Of a stretch of 64,000 bases of DNA, positions 23,673 to 32,925 are shown in pieces. Position numbers and translations under genes: made by a program. Below the pieces are notes generated by a model that was given only the letters and a program-made list of their open reading frames with translations, did no database searches and was not told the origin of the DNA. Every line of letters begins with the position of its first letter. Within the stretch, counting starts at the first letter, position 1. The DNA is from Alphaproteobacteria bacterium (GTDB taxonomy: Bacteria > Pseudomonadota > Alphaproteobacteria > UBA828): positions 960,001 to 1,024,000 of the forward strand of contig OZ243972.1 of NCBI GenBank assembly GCA_965214705.1. Direction: 5' to 3'.

Positions 23673-24551
23673 ATGACCGGGACCGCGTGCGACACGAACA
23701 CCGTCACCCCTCTTCGCCAGCGCATGGAGGAGCAGCTCCGCATCGCCAATCTGGCCGCGAGCACGTCCAAGGCCTACATCTGCGAGATCAAGAACCTGGC
23801 CAGGTACTACGACGCCTCGCCGGACGAGCTCGACGCCGAGCAGGTGCGCCAGTGGTACCTGGGGCGGATCGACAAGGGGCTCAGTCCGGGCACGACCAAC
23901 GTCTCCTTCGCCGCGCTGAACTTCCTCTACATCGACACACTCGGCTGGCCTGACCATGTCGCCGGCCTGCGCTCCCGCAAGAAGCCCGGCAAGCTGCCGC
24001 GCTACATGTCGGAGCAGGAGGTCGAGCACCTCATCCTTGCGACACCCGACCTCCGCCACCGTGCTGCCATTGTCACCGGCTATGGCGGCGGGCTCCGCAT
24101 CTCCGAGACCTTGGCCATCAAGGTCGGCGACATCCTGTCGGAGAAGAAGCTGCTGCACATCCCCTCCGGCAAAGGCGGCACCGAGAGAATGGCACCGTTG
24201 CCGGACATCGTCATCCACTACTTGCGCGTCTACTACAGGAACATCTGGCCGCGTCCGACGAACTGGCTCTTCTACGGCGTCTCGCTCGACAGGCCCATCG
24301 CAACGGAGACCTTGCAGGCCGCCTTCAGGAGGGCGCGCGACATTGCCGAGCTCGACCGCAGCTACACCTTCCATTGCCTGCGCCATTCGGCGGCGACCCA
24401 TCTCCTCGAGCGCGGCGGCGATATCGAGGTGATCCGGGACATGCTCGGCCATCGAAGCGCGAACACGACCCGTCACTACGCCCGCGTCACCGGCAAGATG
24501 TTCGAGGGCCTCGACCACCCGATCTCAGGCTTCGCAGCGTTGCGCAACTGA
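23673..24551 (+). CDS. Tyrosine recombinase/integrase
   Basis: Catalytic set intact: GLRISE (R), KGG (K), HCLRHS (HxxR), LGH, TRHY (Y). ATG at 23673 after GGGAGA. Confidence 0.93.
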   Translation: MTGTACDTNTVTPLRQRMEEQLRIANLAASTSKAYICEIKNLARYYDASPDELDAEQVRQWYLGRIDKGLSPGTTNVSFAALNFLYIDTLGWPDHVAGLRSRKKPGKLPRYMSEQEVEHLILATPDLRHRAAIVTGYGGGLRISETLAIKVGDILSEKKLLHIPSGKGGTERMAPLPDIVIHYLRVYYRNIWPRPTNWLFYGVSLDRPIATETLQAAFRRARDIAELDRSYTFHCLRHSAATHLLERGGDIEVIRDMLGHRSANTTRHYARVTGKMFEGLDHPISGFAALRN

Positions 24552-24557
24552 CGGCGC

Positions 24558-25799
24558 GTGGAGGCCGAACGCGCGGGCGTGGCGGAGATCTTCCGCCGCG
24601 CCGGCGCCGCTTTCCGTGAGCGCCACAAAGGGCGCATCGACGCCGCCCGGCTCAAGGTCATGGGCGCCATCGAGGCGTGCCGCACCGCCGTGCTCGGCGG
24701 CCACATGTACGCCTGCGAGGGCTGCGGGCGCGAGCATCCGCTCTTCAACTCCTGCCGCAACCGCCACTGCCCCACCTGCCAGGGTCTCGCCGCCAACCTC
24801 TGGAGCGAGGAGCGCGCCGGGGACATCCTGCCGGTGCCCTACTTCCATGTGGTCTTCACCCTGCCCAAGGAGGTTGCCGCCATTGCCTTCTGCAACCGCA
24901 GGGTGGTGTTCGACATCCTCTTCCGGGCCGTCGCCGAGACCCTGCGCACCATCGCCGCCGATCCCCGCCACGGCGGCATGCGCATCGGCGGCACCGCGGT
25001 CCTCCATACCTGGGATCAGAAGCTCCGCTTCCACCCGCACCTGCACGTGGTCGTGCCCAACGCGGGCTTCGACGTAGACAGTGGCGAGTGGAAGACGGGG
25101 AGCACCACCTTCCTCGCCCCCGTCAAGGTCCTCGGCAGCCTGTTCCGCCGCCTCTTCCTCAAGGAGCTCGCCCGCGCCCACGGCCGGGGGGACCTGGAGT
25201 TCCACGGCACCCTCGCCCACCTCGCCAATCCCGGCGAGTTCCACGCCACGCTTGCCGCCGCCCGGGCCAGGGACTGGGTGGTCTACGCCAAGCGGCCCTT
25301 CCGCGGGCCTGAGCAGGTCTTCCGGTACCTCTCGCACTACACGCACAGGATCGCCATCTCCGACAGCCGCATCGTCTCCTTCGACGGCGAGACGGTCTCC
25401 TTCCGCCACCGAAAGCCCAAGGCGCCGGGGCAGAGAAAGCCGCGCTACGGCATCGCCACCGTGAGCGCCGACGAGTTCATCCGCCGCTTCCTGAGGCACG
25501 TCCTGCCGGACGGCATGCACCGCATTCGCTACTTCGGCATCCTCGCCAACGGCTGCCGCGCCAGCACGCTGGAGAGAGCACGCCAGGCTCTCGGCGCCCT
25601 CGGCTGCGCCGCCCCCGAGGGAAGCGTGGACGGCGCTCGGGCCGAGCCCGACGAAGAGCCCGAGATCGGCACCGCGCCCGTGGCCTGCCCCCACTGCGGC
25701 GGCGTCATGCGCCTCGTCCGCGAAATCCGCCGCCGCCATGAGCCCCGCTCGACGCGCGGCCCGCCGGCGCTGCCGCCGACCCACAGGGGGAAACCGTGA
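24558..25799 (+). CDS. IS91-family rolling-circle (HUH, Y2) transposase
   Basis: Zn domain CRT..LGG..CEGC..NSCRNRHCPTC, HVVFTLP, HPHLH (HUH), YLSHY (Y-x3-Y), HRIRYFG, C-terminal CPHC. Confidence 0.94.
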   Translation: MEAERAGVAEIFRRAGAAFRERHKGRIDAARLKVMGAIEACRTAVLGGHMYACEGCGREHPLFNSCRNRHCPTCQGLAANLWSEERAGDILPVPYFHVVFTLPKEVAAIAFCNRRVVFDILFRAVAETLRTIAADPRHGGMRIGGTAVLHTWDQKLRFHPHLHVVVPNAGFDVDSGEWKTGSTTFLAPVKVLGSLFRRLFLKELARAHGRGDLEFHGTLAHLANPGEFHATLAAARARDWVVYAKRPFRGPEQVFRYLSHYTHRIAISDSRIVSFDGETVSFRHRKPKAPGQRKPRYGIATVSADEFIRRFLRHVLPDGMHRIRYFGILANGCRASTLERARQALGALGCAAPEGSVDGARAEPDEEPEIGTAPVACPHCGGVMRLVREIRRRHEPRSTRGPPALPPTHRGKP

Positions 25800-26061
25800 G
25801 ACGCCCGCTCGCTTCGGCCCCGCGCAACGGCGCCAAAGCGCCGACGCACGACCGAACCTGTCTCCGCTTGAGCCGGGCTGACAGCCCTCGGCTCACACCC
25901 CGCTCAGTCCTCGCAGCGTGCGCCCGCATGCCTGCCGAAAGACCGGCGCGAGCGTCGATTTTATGCGCAACTCTGCTGCCGGTGGATGCCGCCTGACGCT
26001 GACATCAGCGCACTTTCCACATAGCTCAACTTCGCCTCTCGTGGCCCGCGGCTTCGTTCAA

Positions 26062-26103
26062 AAGGGTTGGGCAGGCTCTCGAGAGAGAGCCTGCCCAACC
26101 CTT
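26062..26103. repeat. Perfect 19-bp hairpin at the IS91 element end
   Basis: AAGGGTTGGGCAGGCTCTC-GAGA-GAGAGCCTGCCCAACCCTT. Confidence 0.85.
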
Positions 26104-26120
26104 AACCCTTTGGCGGCCTA

Positions 26121-26222
26121 TTCCGGCCCACTCCGGCCCAAAGTGGCCCAAAGTGGCTCAAAGTGGTCCAAGACGGCTCCTCCCGATGCGGCTCATTCCG
26201 GCCCAAAGTGGCTCCTCCCGAT
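26121..26222. repeat. Degenerate 10-bp tandem repeats
   Basis: TTCCGGCCCA CTCCGGCCCA AAGTGGCCCA AAGTGGCTCA AAGTGGTCCA AGACGGCTCC, then a further TTCCGGCCCAAAGTGGCTCCTCCCGAT. Confidence 0.7.
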
Positions 26223-26393
26223 CCACGGCCGTGGTGGGTTGCGCTGGCGACCGTACGAAGTGCGGCCGGCAAGCAACCGAACGACGGGCGCTCACCGCAT
26301 TTGCCTCGGCCTGTCACGGCCTGTCCGCTCTCGTGGGTCATGGCGCGATAATGGCGCGAACGCCGTGCGCCGTGCACCGCACCATGGTCCGGG

Positions 26394-28124
26394 CTATAGG
26401 ACTGGCACCGCCTGGCCAGAGCGCGGAGCGGTCAGGAAATCCAGATCGCAACCGCGATCCGCCTGCTCGACGTGGGCGAGATGCAGCGCGAGATAGCCGC
26501 GCTCGGCACCCGCCGGCGGGGGAGGGGGCTGCCAGGCCGCCCGGCGCGCATCCAGTGTCGCCTGCGGCACGTCCAGCGTGAGTGCACGGGCTGCCACGTC
26601 CAGCGTGATCGAATCGCCGCTCTCCACCAGCGCGAGCGGCCCGCCGATGGCGGCCTCCGGCGTCGCGTGGAGCACGATGGTGCCGAAGGCGGTGCCGCTC
26701 ATCCGCGCGTCCGAGAGCCGCACCATGTCGGTCACACCTTGGGTGGCGAGCTTGCGGGGAATCGGGATGTAGCCGGCCTCGGGCATCCCCGGCGCACCCT
26801 TGGGGCCCGCGTTGCGCAGCACCAGCACGTCCTCCGGCGTCACGTCGAGGGCGGGATCGTCGACCCGTGCCGTGAGGTCGGCGACGGAATCGAACACCAC
26901 CGCACGGCCGGAGTGCTGGCAGAGCGCGGGCGTCGCGGCCGATTGCTTGATGATGGCGCCGTCCGGCGCAAGGTTGCCGCGCAGCACCGCAATGCCGCCC
27001 TCGCGGTAGATGGGATCGTCGCGCTCCCGCACCACATCCTGGGGCCAGGCGTCGGGCGCCGCGGCGATCTCCTCGCCCAGCGTGCGCCCGGTCACGGTCA
27101 TACAGTCGAGATCGAGTTGATCGGCCAGCGCGCGCAACACCGGCGTGAGCCCGCCGGCCTTGTTCAGGTCCTCCATGTAGTGCCGGCCCGAAGGCTTGAG
27201 GTCGACCAGCACCGGGGTCTCACGGCTCAGCCGGTCCAGCCGACCCAGGTCGAGGTCGAAGCCGCAGCGCCCGGCGACGGCGGCGAGGTGGATCACCGCG
27301 TTGGTCGAGCCGCCCACCGCGAGCAGCACCGTGAGCGCATTGGTGAAGGCGGCAGGGGTGAGGATGCGCTCCGGCGTCAGTCCCTCGGCCGCGAGCGCCA
27401 CGGCGCGCGCCCCGCTCTCGCGTGCTATCCGCTGCCGGTCGGCGAGCACGGCGGGGATTGCGGCGCTCCCCGGCAGCATCATGCCGAGCGCTTCCGCCGC
27501 GCAGGCCATGGTGCTGGCGGTCCCCATCACCATGCAGGTGCCGGCAGACGGCATGAGCCGGCCGCCGACCTCGGCGATCTCGTCCTCGTCCACGCGGCCG
27601 CCCCGGTGGGCGCCCCAGTAGCGCCGGCAGTCAGTGCAGGCGCCGAGCCGCTCGCCCTTGTGGCTCCCGGTCAGCATCGGCCCCGTGACCAGCTGGATCG
27701 CGGGCACGCCCGCGCTTGCCGCCGCCATGAGCTGGGCCGGCACGGTCTTGTCGCAGCCGCCGATCAAGACCACCGCGTCGATGGGATGGGCGCGAATCAT
27801 CTCCTCCGTGTCCATCGCCATCAGGTTGCGGAAGAGCATGGTCGTCGGGTGCATGAAGGGCTCGCCGAGCGAGATCGTGGGGAAGGTCAGCGGCAGCCCG
27901 CCGGCGGCCGTCACCCCGCGCTCCACTGCCTCGATCAGGGCCGGCACCGTGCCGTGGCAGCTCACGAGGCCGCTCGCCACATTCGCGATGCCGATGACGG
28001 GGCGGTCCAGCTCGGCCTCGGTGTAGCCCATCGACTTGGCGAAGGCCTTGCGCAGGAAGAGCGAAAAGCCGGGATCGCCGTAGTCGGTGAGCTTGCGCCT
28101 GAGCCCGGCGGGCTTGTCGCTCAT
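26394..28124 (-). CDS. IlvD/Edd family dehydratase (dihydroxy-acid or sugar-acid dehydratase)
   Basis: GGCDKT, GTCMVMGTASTM, GGSTNAVIHL, GNLAPDGAIIK, GPKGAPGMPE, SDARMSGT. Confidence 0.92.
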   Translation of the reverse strand: MSDKPAGLRRKLTDYGDPGFSLFLRKAFAKSMGYTEAELDRPVIGIANVASGLVSCHGTVPALIEAVERGVTAAGGLPLTFPTISLGEPFMHPTTMLFRNLMAMDTEEMIRAHPIDAVVLIGGCDKTVPAQLMAAASAGVPAIQLVTGPMLTGSHKGERLGACTDCRRYWGAHRGGRVDEDEIAEVGGRLMPSAGTCMVMGTASTMACAAEALGMMLPGSAAIPAVLADRQRIARESGARAVALAAEGLTPERILTPAAFTNALTVLLAVGGSTNAVIHLAAVAGRCGFDLDLGRLDRLSRETPVLVDLKPSGRHYMEDLNKAGGLTPVLRALADQLDLDCMTVTGRTLGEEIAAAPDAWPQDVVRERDDPIYREGGIAVLRGNLAPDGAIIKQSAATPALCQHSGRAVVFDSVADLTARVDDPALDVTPEDVLVLRNAGPKGAPGMPEAGYIPIPRKLATQGVTDMVRLSDARMSGTAFGTIVLHATPEAAIGGPLALVESGDSITLDVAARALTLDVPQATLDARRAAWQPPPPPAGAERGYLALHLAHVEQADRGCDLDFLTAPRSGQAVPVL

Positions 28125-28161
28125 GCTCGTCTCCGCAGGTGGGTGGGGAAGGCGCCGGCCG

Positions 28162-28932
28162 TCACTCGGGCACGAGCCCGCAGCTCACGCCGCCGTCGAT
28201 GGTGAGCGCGATGCCGGTGACCCAGCACGCCTCGTCCGAGGCGAGGTAGACGAAGCCGCCTGCGATATCCGCCGGATCGCCCACACCGAGCGGGTGCAGC
28301 CGCGCGAGCCGCTCCTTGAACCCCTCCGGGTCGTCCAGCTGGGAGAGGTGATAGTCCACCATCGGCGTCTGCACCCAGCCGGGGCAGACGCAATTCACCC
28401 TGATCTGGTCCTTGGCACCGTCCAGCGCCAGGCACTTGGTCAGCGTGACCACCGCGCCCTTGGAAGTGGCGTAGGCCACCTGCCCCGGCGTGCCGATCAG
28501 GCCGGCGACCGAGGCGGTGTTGAGGATCGCGCCGCCGCCGCGCTCGCGCATGTGGCCCCAGACCGCCTTGGCGCCCCGGTAGATGCTGGTGACGTTGACA
28601 TCCATCTGGCGGTCCCAGTCGGGGCGCTCGACCTCCTCCACGCTGCCGATCACGGCCTGGCCCGCGTTGTTGACGAGGATATCGACATGGCCGAGGGCCT
28701 CGATCGCGGCCGCCGCCATCCCCGTCACGTCGTCGTCCCGCATGACGTCGGCCTCGATGGCGACGGCGTTGCCGCCCGCCGCCTCGATCGCGCGCACGGT
28801 CGCGACGTTGTCGTCGGCGCTGAGCCCCGCGCAGGCCACCGCCGCGCCTTCCTTGGCGAAGCGGAGCGCCGTGGCGCGACCGATGCCCGAGCCTGCGCCC
28901 GTGACGATCGCGGTCTTGCCCGCAAGCCTCAT
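28162..28932 (-). CDS. SDR family oxidoreductase
   Basis: [17 protein letters not shown]; ATG at 28932 after GGAG. Confidence 0.9.
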   Translation of the reverse strand: MRLAGKTAIVTGAGSGIGRATALRFAKEGAAVACAGLSADDNVATVRAIEAAGGNAVAIEADVMRDDDVTGMAAAAIEALGHVDILVNNAGQAVIGSVEEVERPDWDRQMDVNVTSIYRGAKAVWGHMRERGGGAILNTASVAGLIGTPGQVAYATSKGAVVTLTKCLALDGAKDQIRVNCVCPGWVQTPMVDYHLSQLDDPEGFKERLARLHPLGVGDPADIAGGFVYLASDEACWVTGIALTIDGGVSCGLVPE

Positions 28933-29051
28933 GTATCTCCGCCCGTCCTCATGGCCGGCGCAGGATAGCCCGGCGCCCCGGAGCCCGCGAGGGTTGACTC
29001 CGCGCCCCGCCAGCCGATAGGCCGGGCCGTGAACGGGACGGGTTGGAGGCG

Positions 29052-29864
29052 ATGAGGCTGGAGGGAAAGACCGCCATCGTGACCGGCGGCGGGCGCGGCA
29101 TCGGGCGCGAGATCGGCCGCCGCTTCGCCGCCGAGGGCGCGCACGTGCTGCTCGCCGATATCGACGGCGACCGCGCAAAGGCTGCGGCCGACGAGATCGT
29201 CTCCACTGGCGGACAAGCGACGCCCTGCACCACCGACCTTGGCCTGCCCGAGGGCGTGGGACACATGTTCAAGGCCGCCCGAGACTGCTTCGGCGACCGC
29301 CTCGACATCCTCATCAACAACGCCGGCATCGCCCATCACGGCGCCTTCCTCGAGCTTTCGTTCGAGGATTGGGAGCGCGTGCTGCGCAACAACCTGACCA
29401 GCGCCTTCCTCTGCGCGCAGGGGGCCGCCCGGATTATGGCGGCGCACGGCGGCGGGCGGATCGTCAACATCGGCTCGATCTCGGGCCAGCGCGGCAGCTA
29501 CGGGCGCACCGCCTACGGCGTCACCAAGGCGGGCATCCATCAGATGACGCGGATCATGGCGGTGGAGCTCGGCCCGCGCGGCATCGCCGTCAATGCCATC
29601 GCGCCCGGCCCCATCGACACCGGCATCACCAGCATGGGGCCGGATCAAGAACACCGATACCTGGAGCGGATCCCGCTGGAGCGTTTCGGCCATGCCCGCG
29701 ATGTTGCCGGCACGGCTCTCTTCCTCGCGAGCGACGAGGCGGCGTATCTTACCGGCAGCGTCGTCAACGTGGACGGCGGCTTCGACGCCGCCGGCCTCAT
29801 CTTCAGCTACACGGAACTCACCACGGTGAAGAGCGATGTCCGAGACTCCTCCAAGAGCGACTGA
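29052..29864 (+). CDS. SDR family oxidoreductase
   Basis: TGGGRGIG, NNAG, YGVTK. Confidence 0.9.
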   Translation: MRLEGKTAIVTGGGRGIGREIGRRFAAEGAHVLLADIDGDRAKAAADEIVSTGGQATPCTTDLGLPEGVGHMFKAARDCFGDRLDILINNAGIAHHGAFLELSFEDWERVLRNNLTSAFLCAQGAARIMAAHGGGRIVNIGSISGQRGSYGRTAYGVTKAGIHQMTRIMAVELGPRGIAVNAIAPGPIDTGITSMGPDQEHRYLERIPLERFGHARDVAGTALFLASDEAAYLTGSVVNVDGGFDAAGLIFSYTELTTVKSDVRDSSKSD

Positions 29865-29868
29865 GCCG

Positions 29869-30621
29869 ATGCGTATCAAGAATTGTGAGGCCTTCGTCAC
29901 CGGCGGCGCCGGCGGTATCGGCACGCCCCTGGTGGCGACGCTGGCCGCGCGCGGCGCCCGGCGCATTTACGCCGCGGACTTGCCGGCGGCGCTCGCGAAG
30001 GCGAGGTTTTCGGAAGGTGCGGGTGTGGAGCCGCTCGCCCTCGACGTGACCGACGAGACGGCGGTTCAACGCGCTGCGGAGCAGTGCGCGGGCGTGACAC
30101 TCGTCATCAACAACGCCGCCATCGTCGCCTGGGAGGGCGTGATGAGCGCGCCTACCCTCGCGACCGCACGCACCGTGTTCGAGATCAACTACTGGGGCTA
30201 TCTGCACGTGGCCCGCGCCTTCGCCCCGGTGCTGGCGCGGAACGGCGGCGGCGCGATGGCCAACGTGCTTTCCGAAGTGGCGCGGGTCAACGCGCCCTTC
30301 TGCGGCTCCTATTCTGCGAGCAAGGCGGCGGTCTGGTCCGCCACCCAGTGCATGCGGGCCGAGCTCGCTGCCCAGGGCACCCACGTGCTCGCGGTCTTCC
30401 CGAGTTCGACCGACACCCCGATGATTGCGGGATTCGGCGGCGAGAAGCAGCCGCCGGAAGCGGTCGCTGAGGGCATTTGCGACGCGCTAGAGGAAGGCGT
30501 GGAGGACGTCTGCATCGGCGCCCATTCGCTCTATACCGAGGCGCTAATGCGGAACGATCCCAAGGCTGGGGAGCACGAGTTCGGGGCCATGCTGCCCGGC
30601 GCCGACGCGATCCCCGATTAG
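29869..30621 (+). CDS. SDR family oxidoreductase
   Basis: TGGAGGIG, INNAA, YSASK. Confidence 0.88.
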   Translation: MRIKNCEAFVTGGAGGIGTPLVATLAARGARRIYAADLPAALAKARFSEGAGVEPLALDVTDETAVQRAAEQCAGVTLVINNAAIVAWEGVMSAPTLATARTVFEINYWGYLHVARAFAPVLARNGGGAMANVLSEVARVNAPFCGSYSASKAAVWSATQCMRAELAAQGTHVLAVFPSSTDTPMIAGFGGEKQPPEAVAEGICDALEEGVEDVCIGAHSLYTEALMRNDPKAGEHEFGAMLPGADAIPD

Positions 30622-30650
30622 ATTCGGCGTTTCGCGGGCGAGCGCCGGTT

Positions 30651-30851
30651 CCTTATTCAAATTTGAGGCCTAAAATTGAATAGCGTCGCGCGTTATCTAA
30701 GAAACTTGAATAAGGCGGTGGTAGCTCACCTGCCAGCGGTCGGCGACCTGGCGGACATTCCGGAATTGCTGGCGCAGCGGGCGGCGCGCTATTAAGTTTT
30801 AGCTGAAAAATCTTAATAATGCGGCGCGTCATTGAGCAAAATTGAATAAGG
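30651..30851 (+). promoter_or_regulatory. AT-rich upstream region of fic with repeated TTGAATA(AG) sites
   Basis: CCTTATTCAA 30651-30660 (inverted), TTGAATAG 30676, TTGAATAAGG 30706 and 30842. Confidence 0.5.
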
Positions 30852-30863
30852 TGGGGGGGCGCC

Positions 30864-32027
30864 ATGCAGCGTGGGGAGATCGGTAGGTACGAAATCACGA
30901 GTGCAGGCAGCGAGCAAGTTCGCGCCTTCGTGCCACTGCCGCTGCCGCCAAACCCTCCTCTGACTCTGGATGGCTCCCTGCAACGCACACTCGAGGCCGC
31001 GACCCTCGCCCTGGGGCGGCTCGACGCGATCTCGACCCTGCTGCCCGATGAGACAATCTTCCTATACACCTATGTGCGCAAGGAAGCCGTTCTCTCCTCC
31101 CAGATCGAGGGGACGCAATCCACGCTATCGGACCTATTGCTGTTCGAGTTGGAGGAGGCGCCCGGCGTTCCAGTCGAAGATGTCGTCGAGGTTTCGAACT
31201 ACGTAGCGGCTCTCAATCACGGCCTCCATCGGTTGGAGGAGGACTTTCCGTTATGCAATCGGCTGATTCAGGAGATCCACGGTGTGCTGTTGTCACGCGG
31301 GCGGGGAAGCGACAAGGCGCTGGGTGAATTTCGCCGCCTCCAGAACTGGATCGGCGGCGCGCGGCCCGGCGACGCCGAATTCGTACCACCGCCCCACACC
31401 GCCGTGCCGGATTGCATGACGGCGCTCGAACGTTTCTACCATTCGGATGACGGGATGCCCTTCCTCATCCGCGCAGGACTGGCACATGTCCAGTTCGAGA
31501 CCATCCATCCCTTCCTGGACGGCAACGGGCGTGTGGGACGACTGCTGATCACACTCCTGCTCTGCAATGCGGGTGTGCTACGCCAGCCTCTCCTCTACCT
31601 GAGCCTTTACTTCAAGCAACGCCGCAGCGAGTACTACGACCTGTTGAACCGCGTACGGCGTACCGGCGACTGGGAAGAATGGCTCGCCTTCTTCCTCGAA
31701 GGCGTGCGGGTCACGGCCGAGGGTGCGGTCACCACATCCCGCCGCTTGGTGGACGTGTTCGCGTCGGATCGGGCCGCTATCGAACGACATATCGGCCGCC
31801 GCGCGGGCTCGGCGATACGAGTGCACGATGCGTTGAAGGCGCGGCCAGTCGTGTCGCTACCCCAGGTTTGTGTTCAAACCGGCCTTTCGTTCCCGGCCGC
31901 ATCAGCTGCGATGCAGTCACTCGTAGAACAGGGCATCGCACGCGAACTGACTGGCAGGACCCGCAACAGAAAGTTCGCCTACGACCGCTACCTTTCCATC
32001 CTTGCTGAAGGAACCGAGGTGCCCTGA
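30864..32027 (+). CDS. Fic family protein (N-terminal Fic_N with inhibitory motif, C-terminal HTH)
   Basis: SSQIEGT inhibitory helix, HPFLDGNGRVGR Fic motif, C-terminal ELTGRTRNRKFAY. Confidence 0.93.
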   Translation: MQRGEIGRYEITSAGSEQVRAFVPLPLPPNPPLTLDGSLQRTLEAATLALGRLDAISTLLPDETIFLYTYVRKEAVLSSQIEGTQSTLSDLLLFELEEAPGVPVEDVVEVSNYVAALNHGLHRLEEDFPLCNRLIQEIHGVLLSRGRGSDKALGEFRRLQNWIGGARPGDAEFVPPPHTAVPDCMTALERFYHSDDGMPFLIRAGLAHVQFETIHPFLDGNGRVGRLLITLLLCNAGVLRQPLLYLSLYFKQRRSEYYDLLNRVRRTGDWEEWLAFFLEGVRVTAEGAVTTSRRLVDVFASDRAAIERHIGRRAGSAIRVHDALKARPVVSLPQVCVQTGLSFPAASAAMQSLVEQGIARELTGRTRNRKFAYDRYLSILAEGTEVP

Positions 32028-32070
32028 TGCTACGCATACCAAGACCATGACCGCGGCGAGAGGGAGTGCC

Positions 32071-32907
32071 ATGATGCGGACCGTGAGATTGCCGGGAGGC
32101 GACGAGGTGGTGGCCCTCGGCCAGGGCACGTGGCGCATGGGCGAGCGCCGGGCGGCGCGCAAGGACGAGGTGGCGGCGCTCCGGCACGGCATCGCCGGCG
32201 GCATGACGCTCATCGACACGGCGGAGATGTACGGCTCCGGCGGCTCAGAGCGGGTGGTCGGCGAGGCGATCCGCGGGCAGCGCGACAAGGTCTACCTGGT
32301 GAGCAAGGTTCTGCCGTCGAACGCCGGGCGCAAGCGCATGAAGCGCGCCTGCGAAAAGAGCCTGAAGTGCCTCGGCACCGACTATCTCGACCTCTACCTG
32401 CTGCACTGGCGCAGCGGCACGTCCCTCGACGAGACCGTCGAAGGCTTCCTCGCGCTGCAGGAGGCCGGCAAGATCCGCCACTTCGGGGTCAGCAACTTCG
32501 ACATCGACGACATGGAGGAGCTGTGGGAGACCCCCGGCGGGCAAGGCTGCCAGACCAACCAGATCCTCTACAACCTGTCGCGGCGCTGGCCGGAGGGAGC
32601 GCTGATGGACTGGTCCCAGCGCCATGACCAGCCGTTGATGATCTATTCGCCGCTGGAGCAGGGCAGGCTGCCGGCGGGCGGTGCGCTCGGCGCGATCGCC
32701 GCCGCCCGCGGCGTGACGACGATGCAGGTGGCGCTCGCCTGGGTGCTCCGGCACGAGGACGTGTTCGTCGTGCCCAAGGCGAGCCGCATCACCCATGTTG
32801 ATGAGAATCTGGGCGCACTCGACATCGCGCTCACCGATGACGAGCTTGCCGCGCTGGATGAGGACTTTCCGCCGCCCGAGGGCGGTGCGCCCCTCGAAAT
32901 CCTGTAG
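32071..32907 (+). CDS. Aldo/keto reductase
   Basis: LGQGTW, IDTAEMYG, LDLYLLHW, GVSNF, YSPL, PKAS. Confidence 0.93.
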   Translation: MMRTVRLPGGDEVVALGQGTWRMGERRAARKDEVAALRHGIAGGMTLIDTAEMYGSGGSERVVGEAIRGQRDKVYLVSKVLPSNAGRKRMKRACEKSLKCLGTDYLDLYLLHWRSGTSLDETVEGFLALQEAGKIRHFGVSNFDIDDMEELWETPGGQGCQTNQILYNLSRRWPEGALMDWSQRHDQPLMIYSPLEQGRLPAGGALGAIAAARGVTTMQVALAWVLRHEDVFVVPKASRITHVDENLGALDIALTDDELAALDEDFPPPEGGAPLEIL

Positions 32908-32925
32908 GGTGCGCTGCGGGAAGCG

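Larger units (their letters stand above)
23440..26063 (+). mobile_element. IS91-family element with upstream tyrosine recombinase
   Basis: Two-gene integrase plus HUH transposase unit, bracketed by a 16-bp inverted repeat (23440-23455 / 26048-26063). Exact ends are inferred. Confidence 0.75.

Noticed and set aside
23440-24551. Integron (IntI plus attC)
   Set aside because: The recombinase is short, with no evident IntI-specific insertion, and is coupled to an IS91 transposase. No cassette array was seen.
26062-26222. Group II intron end or mini-CRISPR
   Set aside because: No domain V consensus, no reverse transcriptase, no repeat-spacer pattern
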